From NCBI GenBank assembly GCA_965368975.1, contig CBDUPA010000005.1, positions 96,001-160,000 on the forward strand: a stretch of 64,000 nucleotides of DNA, read 5' to 3'. Below, piece by piece: positions 54,365 through 62,584 of the stretch. The notes beneath the pieces were generated by a model that was not told the DNA's origin, did no database searches, and saw nothing but the letters and a program-made list of their open reading frames with translations. A program made the translations under genes and the position numbers. The stretch comes from an uncultured bacterium. GTDB lineage: Bacteria > Acidobacteriota > Thermoanaerobaculia > Multivoradales > JAHZIX01. The stretch's first letter is position 1. The number at the start of each line of letters is the position of its first letter.

Positions 54365-56568
54365 GACGCGCCTCCCCTCGCCTGAGCTGGGCCGGGTCGC
54401 CAGTCGGTGCTGAAGTAGATCCACACACGTTCCTCGCGCTCGCCGTCGAATACCCGCGATGCCCAGCCGAGGCCGTAGCGCAGGCCCAACTCGGGACCGA
54501 GCCGCCAGTCATGCTCGTAGCGCACGCTCACCACGGTGCGATCGTCGAAGTTGTGCTGCTGGTAGCGACCGGTGGTCACGACCAGGCGGTGGTGCAGCGA
54601 GTCCTCATAGCGTCGCCATCCGAGGAACTCGGTCATCAACCCCAGGCTGAACGTCGCGTCGCTCTCTGGGTTGTAATAAGGCGCGTCGCGCCGGCTGTTG
54701 TCGGAGGCGTACAGCTCGGGCAGCAGCGTCAGGTGCCAGCGAGGGTTGCTGAAAAGACGCTGCTGCGCGCTCAGGAGCGCGGTGCGTCGACGATTGCCGT
54801 CGCTGAAGTCGGCGGCTGCGAGCCGAAGGTCGATCCGCGTCAGTTCACTGCGACGGTAGCCGATGCCGAGGCCCAGGCGGTCAGTGTCGATCCCCAGGCG
54901 CCAGCCGCGCAGGGGCATGGTGGCGCTGCGACGCTCGGCGTCGAGGCTGAAGGACCAGTCGTCGTTGGGTTCGACCTCAGCGGCCAGCAGGTAGCCGAAC
55001 CGGCCGCTCCGCCTTGAGGCGGAGGAGAAGATCTGGCCATCCCAATTGTCATGGACTTCGGCGCGCAGGCGGTACCCCCAGTTCCGAGAGCTGGCGCCCT
55101 GATAGGCGGCACCGAGTCCGAGTCGCTCGAAGCGTCCAATGCCTTCCGGGAAACGGGCTTCGGCATAGAAGGCGTGCAGGTACGGTCGCAGTCGGTGGCG
55201 CCAGGGCGGCGCGTAGACCCAAGCTTCGAGCCGGTAGTCGCGGTTGCCGAAGGTGACGCCGGTGCTGTCGCCGCTCTCGCCTTCCACCACGACTTCCCAG
55301 CGGTGTTGGACGTCCCAAGCGTGACCGAGTCGGTAGGCATGCAGGTGCTCGGGGTAGGTCTGGCGAATGGCGGTGATCTCGGTATCGGCCTGGTCGAAGT
55401 GGCCGAGGTCGGCCAGGACCGTGGCACACGCCAGCCGACTGGCGACACTCTCGGGCTCGTAGGCCAGGGTGATCTCGAACTCCGCCAGCGCTCGCCGCGA
55501 CCAGCCGCGCCAGTAGTAGACGCTGCCCAGCGCTCGCCGCAGATCTTGGTTGTACGGGGCCTCGGTGACCAGCGGCTGTAACCTCGTCTCGGCTTGTGCT
55601 GGCAGGTCGACGAAGCCGCGAGCCAGCGCGGCGGTGGCGTCGACTTCCGGCTTGTCCCAGTTGGCACTGCCATCCTGCTGGTCGCTGGGGAACCAGGCCG
55701 GCAGAGCCTCGGCAAGGAGATCGATCGACTCCAGGGCGTCCTGCAGGCGTTCGTCTTCGAGCAGAGCGTAGAAGTGAGACAGGCTCGTTTCGGTAGTGTT
55801 GGTGCGCAGTTCGAGTGCGCGACGGTAGAGCCGTTCGGCGACTTCCGGCTGTTCCTCGTAAAGATAGGCATCGGCGGCTGCCACGAGTACCCAGCCCGGC
55901 AGTTCCCGGGCTGGCTGCAGTGGCTGCTCGTCGTTCGCCTCGATCATGGTCAGCAACTGCTCGTAGACCGCGATCGCCTCGGCCATGCGCTGCCGGTCGC
56001 GCAGCGCGACCAAGTGATCTTGCAGCTGGCGTCGGCGTGGCCACCGAACGTTCGATGGCAGCCGCTGTGCGACCTCGGCGAGGCGTGCCAGAGCCGCGTC
56101 AGTACCCTCGAAGCGCCGGGCTGCCGAGGCCGGGGGCAACTCGCCCCAGATCACCTCTTTGGCTGCCCGGTCGCCCCACAGTCGATGCCAATCCTCGGCT
56201 CGGAGCGCTTCCGGCCAAGCCGCTGCCTCGTCGAGAGCGAGGTGAGGGATGCCGAGGTCGGCGATGGCCAGAATCCGCTGGCGGAAGGCGTCGCGGGCTG
56301 CTTCGTCGCGGGCCGTCTCACCGGGCACCCCCTCATCGCGCATCTTGGTGGCTCGCGCCAGGGTGCGTTCAATCTCGGTCGGCTGGGCTGCCCCCGGTGT
56401 CGCAAGGGTCAGGGATGCGAAGGCCAGTGTCGAGAAGGCCAGTGTTGCAAAGACAAGTGTTGCAAAAGCTGGTTTTGCAGGAACAGAGGCGGTCGACCAC
56501 AACGCGGTTGCGGCAGGCCCGGTCGCAGCGCAGGAGCCGAGGCGGTTCCCGATCCCACGCCGTCTCAT
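54361..56568 (-). CDS. pgaA: PNAG export porin PgaA
   Basis: TPR region (WGE..RF...D.AL, D.LVAL..R, RGW.RRA) then beta-barrel (FSDGNRR, PYYNP, FDGERE); first gene of pgaABCD. Confidence 0.88.
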   Translation of the reverse strand: MRRRGIGNRLGSCAATGPAATALWSTASVPAKPAFATLVFATLAFSTLAFASLTLATPGAAQPTEIERTLARATKMRDEGVPGETARDEAARDAFRQRILAIADLGIPHLALDEAAAWPEALRAEDWHRLWGDRAAKEVIWGELPPASAARRFEGTDAALARLAEVAQRLPSNVRWPRRRQLQDHLVALRDRQRMAEAIAVYEQLLTMIEANDEQPLQPARELPGWVLVAAADAYLYEEQPEVAERLYRRALELRTNTTETSLSHFYALLEDERLQDALESIDLLAEALPAWFPSDQQDGSANWDKPEVDATAALARGFVDLPAQAETRLQPLVTEAPYNQDLRRALGSVYYWRGWSRRALAEFEITLAYEPESVASRLACATVLADLGHFDQADTEITAIRQTYPEHLHAYRLGHAWDVQHRWEVVVEGESGDSTGVTFGNRDYRLEAWVYAPPWRHRLRPYLHAFYAEARFPEGIGRFERLGLGAAYQGASSRNWGYRLRAEVHDNWDGQIFSSASRRSGRFGYLLAAEVEPNDDWSFSLDAERRSATMPLRGWRLGIDTDRLGLGIGYRRSELTRIDLRLAAADFSDGNRRRTALLSAQQRLFSNPRWHLTLLPELYASDNSRRDAPYYNPESDATFSLGLMTEFLGWRRYEDSLHHRLVVTTGRYQQHNFDDRTVVSVRYEHDWRLGPELGLRYGLGWASRVFDGEREERVWIYFSTDWRPGPAQARGGAS

Positions 56569-56609
56569 GCCTCCAGCGTACGGTGCGGGCGTCAGGTGAC
56601 AATCTCCGG

Positions 56610-56676
56610 CAGGGTGGTTGCCGGCCGCCCCTAGGGGTGGGGGCCGGCGTCTCGCGACCGCTCTGGGCCGCCCTAC
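56610..56676 (-). repeat. Two degenerate REP-like palindromes
   Basis: Minus strand reads GTAGGGCGGCCCAGAGCGGTCGC and CTAGGGGCGGCCGGCAACCACCCTG, sharing the (G/C)TAG-GG(G)CGGCC head with the other copies. Confidence 0.45.
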
Positions 56677-56688
56677 GTGGACGATGCC

Positions 56689-58854
56689 CTACGGAGTGGT
56701 TTGCGGCTGTGCTGCGCCCTCGCTCTCGGATGCCATGGCACTCTGACGCCACCGTGTGGCCCCCTCCGCGTTGCCCAAGCGCTGCAGGACCTGGGCAGCG
56801 AACAGATAGCTCTCGCGACTCGGATTGGCAGCGACCATGCGCTCGAGCAGGGGTTCAATGGCGTCGAAGCGGCGGGTCGTCGCGTAGAGGACCGCCAGGA
56901 GTTCGTAGGCCTTGAGCTGCGCAGGGAAGTTGGTGATCTCGGCTTCGAAGGCCGCGATGGCTTCGTCGAAGCGCTGTGCCCGGGCGAGCAGGTCGCCGCG
57001 TTCCAGGTTCAGGCCCGGTACCGGTGAGTGCTGGCCGGCGGTGATCTGAGCGTGCGCCTGCTGCAGTGTCGCCAGCAGTTCCGAACCCTGCCCCCGTCGG
57101 CGCTGGATCTCGGCCTGCAGCAGCAGAGCCGGGACGTCCGTCTCGCTGCCCGGCGTGGCTCGAAGAGCCGCCAGTTCTGCCGCGGCCGCGTCGACATCGC
57201 CGCGTAGCAGGTGCAGTTGGACGATGTCTCGCCCGATCATCGGTCCGAGCGACGGCAGCACCCGGCGTGCTTCCCGTGCCGCGGCGACCGCTTCGTCGTA
57301 GCGTCTGAGGGCGCGCAGGGCTGGTACCAACAGGAGGTGGGCGTCCTGGATCTGTGGCTGTTCGGCGATCAGCGCCCGTAGCACCTCGACCGCCTCCTCG
57401 TGCCGTCCCGCCGTGCGCAGCTCGATCGCTTCCTGCACGCGGGTGAGGACGTGCAGGTTCTCCTTGGGATCCGGCAGCGGACCGTCGCCGGTCGTGGCGG
57501 GGGCCGTCAGGTAGCCGAGCGCCGCCAGCCGGGCCGCGTCTTCGGGATCGGCCGCCTCCGGCGTGTTCAGAGTTGCATCGTAGGTGGCCAGCTGCTCGCG
57601 CAGCGCAAAGTACACGCGACGTTCGTCCGCCAGGATGTTGCGCTGTTGGCCAGGGTCCTCGAAGAGGTCGAAGAGTTCTGGATTGGGCGACTCGATGTAG
57701 GCGTAGCGCGCGCCCGTCAGGCCGCGGAGGTGGCTCCAGCCGTAGTGCAGCCGGCCGTAGTAGGTCTCGCTGTAGATGTGGCGCCCGCTCGGTTCGATGG
57801 TGGCGCGAGCTTCGTTCGAGGTTGCCGCGGCTCCTGGAACGGCTCCGTCGAGTAGGGAAGGGCTGAGCAGGTCTTGACCATCGAGGCCGTCCGGTACCGC
57901 GGCACCGACTGCCTCGAGCACCGTCGGCGCCACGTCGTACAGCCCTACTGGTTGCACCACTGTTGCACCGCTATGCGGTGCTTCCCCGGCATCGCCCGGC
58001 AGCTTGACCAGCAGCGGCACGTGCAGGGTCGGCCGGTAAAGCAGCAGCCCATGCTGATTCTCGCCATGCTCACCCAATCCCTCGCCGTGATCGGACGTGA
58101 AGACGATCAAGGCCCGCTCATAGATGCCGCTCGCGCGCAGGAACTCGAAGAAGGCGCCGAGCAGATCATCGACGTGCACGATCTCGCCGTCGTAGGGATG
58201 CTGGTAGCGTCCACGCACGCTGGCAGGCGGCTCGTAGGGATCGTGGGGTTCGAAGAGGTGCACGAAGTAGAAGAACGGCGCCGTGCTGTTGGCGTCGAGA
58301 TGATCCTCGATCCACGCCTGCGCCAGCTCCAGGGTTTTACCACCAGGGCGCTCCAAGTAGTCCGCTGAGATCTCGGTTCCGCTGGCTTCGATCTTGTCAT
58401 CGTAGTCGTCGAAGGCAGGTCCCAAACCAGTGTCCGCGCGGAGCACGTAGCTCGACACCGCCGCCCCGCTTGCATAACCGAGGGGCCGCAGTAGCTGGGG
58501 TAGGGTGGGATACGCGCCGGTGTCGAGGTCGTAGCCGAGATTGTCCCGGACCCCGTGCCGCACCGGTCCGACACCGGTGAAGAGGGTGCTGTGGGACGGA
58601 AGAGTCAGGGGCACCTGGGCAACCGCGTTCGAGTACAGGATCGCGTCGCGGCGCAAGGCGTCGAGATGCGGCGTCTCGATGGCGCCGTAGCCGTACATCG
58701 GCAGGTGATCGGCACGCAGGGTGTCGACCGAGATGACGATGACGGGGGCGTTGGGGAAGATGCTCGGCACGTCGTCGGCGTCGGGGGTGCAGGAAGTGAT
58801 GAGGAGAAGGGAGAGAAGGGGCAGGACCAGGCGTCGGGGGGTGGGCTGGAGCAT
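56689..58854 (-). CDS. Sulfatase-like (alkaline phosphatase superfamily) lipoprotein with C-terminal TPRs
   Basis: Lipobox ITSC; ISVDTLRADHL, PLTLPSH, HLFEPHDPY, TSDHGE, ARLAALGY; TPR tail. Confidence 0.88.
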   Translation of the reverse strand: MLQPTPRRLVLPLLSLLLITSCTPDADDVPSIFPNAPVIVISVDTLRADHLPMYGYGAIETPHLDALRRDAILYSNAVAQVPLTLPSHSTLFTGVGPVRHGVRDNLGYDLDTGAYPTLPQLLRPLGYASGAAVSSYVLRADTGLGPAFDDYDDKIEASGTEISADYLERPGGKTLELAQAWIEDHLDANSTAPFFYFVHLFEPHDPYEPPASVRGRYQHPYDGEIVHVDDLLGAFFEFLRASGIYERALIVFTSDHGEGLGEHGENQHGLLLYRPTLHVPLLVKLPGDAGEAPHSGATVVQPVGLYDVAPTVLEAVGAAVPDGLDGQDLLSPSLLDGAVPGAAATSNEARATIEPSGRHIYSETYYGRLHYGWSHLRGLTGARYAYIESPNPELFDLFEDPGQQRNILADERRVYFALREQLATYDATLNTPEAADPEDAARLAALGYLTAPATTGDGPLPDPKENLHVLTRVQEAIELRTAGRHEEAVEVLRALIAEQPQIQDAHLLLVPALRALRRYDEAVAAAREARRVLPSLGPMIGRDIVQLHLLRGDVDAAAAELAALRATPGSETDVPALLLQAEIQRRRGQGSELLATLQQAHAQITAGQHSPVPGLNLERGDLLARAQRFDEAIAAFEAEITNFPAQLKAYELLAVLYATTRRFDAIEPLLERMVAANPSRESYLFAAQVLQRLGNAEGATRWRQSAMASESEGAAQPQTTP

Positions 58855-58942
58855 GGCGGCATCCTAGCAAAGCATTGGAGTGTTGGAGTGGTGTTGACTT
58901 CGCGAGGATCGATGGCTAGGGTTGCGGCGAAAGGAGATCGAG

Positions 58943-59143
58943 ATGCGGCGAAAGGAGGCAATGCGTTGGTTGCTCTATCTATGTTGTTCCTTGCTACTTA
59001 CTGTGTGGACCTTCTCCGTTGGCGCAGGGATCAATTGTTATGACTGGAGTGACGGTGAGCAGTGTCAGACTGTTTGTATTATTTATGATGATGAAGGAAA
59101 TGAAACCGGTGTCATCAGAGGGCCCTTTCATGAGTGCAACTAG
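58943..59143 (+). CDS. Small secreted Cys-containing peptide
   Basis: AAGGAG RBS 6 nt before ATG 58943 (alternative start 58961); hydrophobic signal ending VGA; 38-aa acidic mature part with 4 Cys. Confidence 0.65.
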   Translation: MRRKEAMRWLLYLCCSLLLTVWTFSVGAGINCYDWSDGEQCQTVCIIYDDEGNETGVIRGPFHECN

Positions 59144-60242
59144 GCCTGGAAGGATGGAGTGGGCATGGATCTCTCCGGTCCTGCTCTTCGGGTTGTTATC
59201 GGCTTCTTCGGGGCTTGTTGCGGAATCGACCGCTTCCTTGACACCGCAAACACAGGGCGTGACTGAGGAAGACTTCGGAACGCAGTTCGTCGGAGCGGAT
59301 CGGGAGGGCCAGGTTTTCTTGTTGCAAGGAGAAAGCCTCGAGGTCTTTCAGCTCAAGTCAGACTTGAGCCTCGATCCGCATGTGCAGTTGATGAGGCCGT
59401 CCGAGATGGCGAGACCTGGTTTCGTTCGTTGGGCTGTTACCTCCGACGGAGACGAGTGGATTCTGCTGCGCAGTGATCTCTGGTGCACCAGTGAGCGCGA
59501 TACTGAGACCTTGCCCGCAGTCGGGTGGGCTTTGGATGCACTCACGTTGTTCAAGGGAGCTGCGATTGCCGCAGTGCGCCCCTTCGGCGTCGGTCGCACC
59601 CCTCAGCGCCGACGTATCGTTGCCGGTGAGCCGGCACCGCAGCTCATGATCCAGTCGGGGAACAAGTGGGATGTCTTTGCTGAAGCAGGCGTGTTTCCCA
59701 CGCCCGACGAGTATCGAAACGAATTCATGCGTATCGTGCAGGAGCGCTCAGTAGAGTTGGCGCCGGGGGGGAACCGTGGCGTTTGGGTTGCCGATCGCTA
59801 CCGCTATCGCATCCGACTCCTGAGCCCCGCCGGTAAGGAACTCACCGTGATCGCCGGAGATCCTGGAATCCAATTCGAAGATGCTGATGAGGACGAGGCA
59901 GCGGGGGAACTGCGAGAGCAAGCCGGTCCTGTGGCGGTGGGCAAATCGGTGTTGGCCAACACCGCGATTTCGACGCTTCGCGGGCTGGTGGAAGGCCCGG
60001 CGGGTGAGTTGTACGTGATTTCAAAGGTCGAGACGCTGGCTCTAGATCGCTACGATCCGGTCGAGGGGCAGGTCGAGAGGGTGCCTCTCGACATCGACTA
60101 TCAGGGGCGCTTCAGCCTGGCCGCAGGGGCCGATGGCTTGTACTTGGCAGCATTCAAGGGACACCTCGGACGCTGGTTCCTTTCTTGGGAGGCGCTGGAA
60201 GCTGCTCCCTGGCAGGTAGTGAAAGATTTGGAGATTCGTTGA
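59130..60242 (+). CDS. Secreted beta-propeller-like (NHL-type) protein
   Basis: Signal peptide; repeated beta-rich blades such as GVWVADRYRYRIRLLSPAGK and GPAGELYV; start 59130 or 59154. Confidence 0.65.
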   Translation: MSATRPGRMEWAWISPVLLFGLLSASSGLVAESTASLTPQTQGVTEEDFGTQFVGADREGQVFLLQGESLEVFQLKSDLSLDPHVQLMRPSEMARPGFVRWAVTSDGDEWILLRSDLWCTSERDTETLPAVGWALDALTLFKGAAIAAVRPFGVGRTPQRRRIVAGEPAPQLMIQSGNKWDVFAEAGVFPTPDEYRNEFMRIVQERSVELAPGGNRGVWVADRYRYRIRLLSPAGKELTVIAGDPGIQFEDADEDEAAGELREQAGPVAVGKSVLANTAISTLRGLVEGPAGELYVISKVETLALDRYDPVEGQVERVPLDIDYQGRFSLAAGADGLYLAAFKGHLGRWFLSWEALEAAPWQVVKDLEIR

Positions 60243-60374
60243 TCTAGTTGTTGGGGTCATGAAACTGATGTCAGTTATGCCAGCGTGTAGACCTCGATCC
60301 TGGCCATGACTCTGATGCGAGGTTGCCTGCCCTGAAGCCTTCTTCGTCCAGCTTTCCCAGGGAGCATCTATTGA

Positions 60375-60830
60375 CTAAAAATCGACTGGCTCAGGCTCAT
60401 CGATCGTCTGAAATACATATTTTTGTTTGTCGATAGACCATGTGACGGAATACGCCAACGATGAGTCTGCCTCTACGCGATCGACTAGTTCTCCCGCGGT
60501 GACAACGAATAGAAATGCTTGGCAATAAGCAGGTCTGATCTCTGCTATTCCTTCAGCTGGAATTGTTGGGATTAAAGGTGGCTCATCTATTGTCCACTGA
60601 TAGACGATCTTCAGCTCCGATTTCGTGCCATTGTGCACGAGTAGAGCTTCGCCGCAAGAAGCTCTACTGGCATCACTCTTGACGATGAAACTCTCCGTTG
60701 GCTGTAGGTGCGGAGGCACTATCTCAATTCCAGTCATTGCATCCTCTCCGCTTACATTCAGAGCGCTTAGGCACAGGGCTGCGAAACAAGCTAGCAGTAG
60801 TACAACTACCGCGAGCCGACCAGATAGCAT
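60375..60830 (-). CDS. Hypothetical secreted protein (low GC)
   Basis: AGGAG RBS before ATG 60830; hydrophobic N-terminus; no recognisable motif. Confidence 0.55.
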   Translation of the reverse strand: MLSGRLAVVVLLLACFAALCLSALNVSGEDAMTGIEIVPPHLQPTESFIVKSDASRASCGEALLVHNGTKSELKIVYQWTIDEPPLIPTIPAEGIAEIRPAYCQAFLFVVTAGELVDRVEADSSLAYSVTWSIDKQKYVFQTIDEPEPVDF

Positions 60831-60840
60831 GATCGATCTC

Positions 60841-61467
60841 CTATTCAGGGGGTTGATTGCTGGCATTCTGTATTGTTTGCTGATCTAAACTGCCGATCTC
60901 GGGAGCACTGGCAAAGATCCTGACGGTCGGGCGCTCTGTTACGCTTGTTGGTGGGTATGTGCCTGCGGAGGCGGCTACACCAGGTGGTGTTGGGTACTTA
61001 ACCGGGTAAATGAAGACGGCATAGACGAGCAAGTACGCGAGAGATACGAATAAGACTAACGCTGCAATCGAACGGGACCTGAAAGCTAGCGATACCAGTT
61101 GAGACTTCAGTTCGAGTTCGTTCACTCGTAGCGCCCTCTTGGCTTCCTTGGAGGCTGCTACGAATTGCCAGTAAGAAAAACTGATGCCACTAGCCGAAAA
61201 GAATACGGAAAGCCAAAATAGAATCTTTGTACTCCGTGCATGCCATTCGTAGGTCCTCTGAGTTTCCTGGTAAGTCCACTGTCGGTATAATTCATAACTG
61301 CGATGCGTCTGTATTAGGTCTTCACTAATCGACCCTTCGGGTGTTGGCAGGGTTGGTGAGTCCGCCAGCCAACCGTCTATCGCTGTCATGACAACGATCA
61401 GGGATATTATGAGCACTACAGAGGTTGCAACTAGGATTGGTCTTTTTCTACTTGGTGAACTACCCAT
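60841..61467 (-). CDS. Hypothetical membrane protein, 3 TM (low GC)
   Basis: 208 aa, AGGAG RBS, three hydrophobic segments. Confidence 0.65.
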   Translation of the reverse strand: MGSSPSRKRPILVATSVVLIISLIVVMTAIDGWLADSPTLPTPEGSISEDLIQTHRSYELYRQWTYQETQRTYEWHARSTKILFWLSVFFSASGISFSYWQFVAASKEAKRALRVNELELKSQLVSLAFRSRSIAALVLFVSLAYLLVYAVFIYPVKYPTPPGVAASAGTYPPTSVTERPTVRIFASAPEIGSLDQQTIQNASNQPPE

Positions 61468-61729
61468 TCGATGTCTCCTGACGCAAGAGTTTCTGCTCTT
61501 CTTAAGCTAATCCTCCCAGGAGCTTAGCGTGACACTGCGAGGATAGACCTCCAGAGGAATGCAATCAAGCTCTCGAGCTAGCGCCGGGAAGTATCCCAAG
61601 GCTAGTAGGTGATATTGCGGAGCCTTTCTTTGAGAGCCGCGTGTCGAGCCTGCCAGGTCTGTGTGGATCGATGATGTCTCAGATCCCGCCGGTCAGCTAA
61701 AATGGTCCTTCAATGAATGGAGGTCCCTC

Positions 61730-62584
61730 ATGGCCAAGTGGCTCACCGGTTTCGTCGTTGCCCTCGTCGCTGCCCTCGCGGCTCTCTTCTTCTTCCTCGT
61801 CCGGCCTCTCGAAACCGAGCGTGCCGACCTGGAAGACCAGCTGGCGACCTGCCAGCAGGACCTGGTCGCGTGCAACAAGATGCGGGCACAGCTCGATTCA
61901 GAGCTGGAGAACAGCCGCGCTCTGCTCGAAGAGTTGAGTCAGCAGGCTTCCGAGCTGGAGCTGCAAGGCGCGGATCTGGAGCAGGAGCGAGAGAGGCTGC
62001 GCGGCGCGCTAGAGGCCAAGGAAGCCGAGATGGCCCAGCTGGCAGCGACGCGGGAGGACTTGGAGAGCCAGCTGGAGCAGGAGATTGCGCAGGGGGAGGC
62101 GAAGGTGCGGCGGATCCGCGACTCGCTGCGCGTCGACCTGGTGGACCGGATTCTCTTCGGCTCCGGCGAAGCCACACTCAAGCCCGAGGGCATGGAGGTG
62201 CTGCGGCGAGTGGCGCCGGCGTTGAAGAACGCTGCACGCCACATCGAGGTGCAGGGACACACGGACAATGTGGTGATCCAGGGGCAGCTGGCCGAGACCT
62301 ACCCGACGAATTGGGAGCTGTCCGTGGCGCGGGCGGTCAACGTGCTGCGCTTTCTACAGCAGGAAGCGGGGCTGGAGCCGCAGCGGTTGTCGGCGGCGGG
62401 GTTCTCGAAGTTCCAGCCGCGGGCGAGCAACGTCACCGAGGAAGGACGCGCCGCCAACCGGCGCATCGAGATCTTGCTCAAGCCGCTGCTGCCCGTGCTG
62501 GAGGACGCCGACGCGTCGGTGGAAGCTGCGGCGGTGGAAGCCACGACTCCGGACCCGTCGACGTCCGGTGAAGCGGCGATCTAG
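61730..62584 (+). CDS. OmpA/MotB C-terminal-domain protein with coiled-coil stalk
   Basis: N-terminal TM, long coiled coil, ILFGSGEA, GHTDN, NWELSVARA, NRRIEI; GGAGG RBS. Confidence 0.88.
   Translation: MAKWLTGFVVALVAALAALFFFLVRPLETERADLEDQLATCQQDLVACNKMRAQLDSELENSRALLEELSQQASELELQGADLEQERERLRGALEAKEAEMAQLAATREDLESQLEQEIAQGEAKVRRIRDSLRVDLVDRILFGSGEATLKPEGMEVLRRVAPALKNAARHIEVQGHTDNVVIQGQLAETYPTNWELSVARAVNVLRFLQQEAGLEPQRLSAAGFSKFQPRASNVTEEGRAANRRIEILLKPLLPVLEDADASVEAAAVEATTPDPSTSGEAAI

Noticed and set aside
61730-62584. Zorya ZorB or flagellar motB
   Set aside because: No ZorA/MotA partner upstream on the same strand and no TM Asp.
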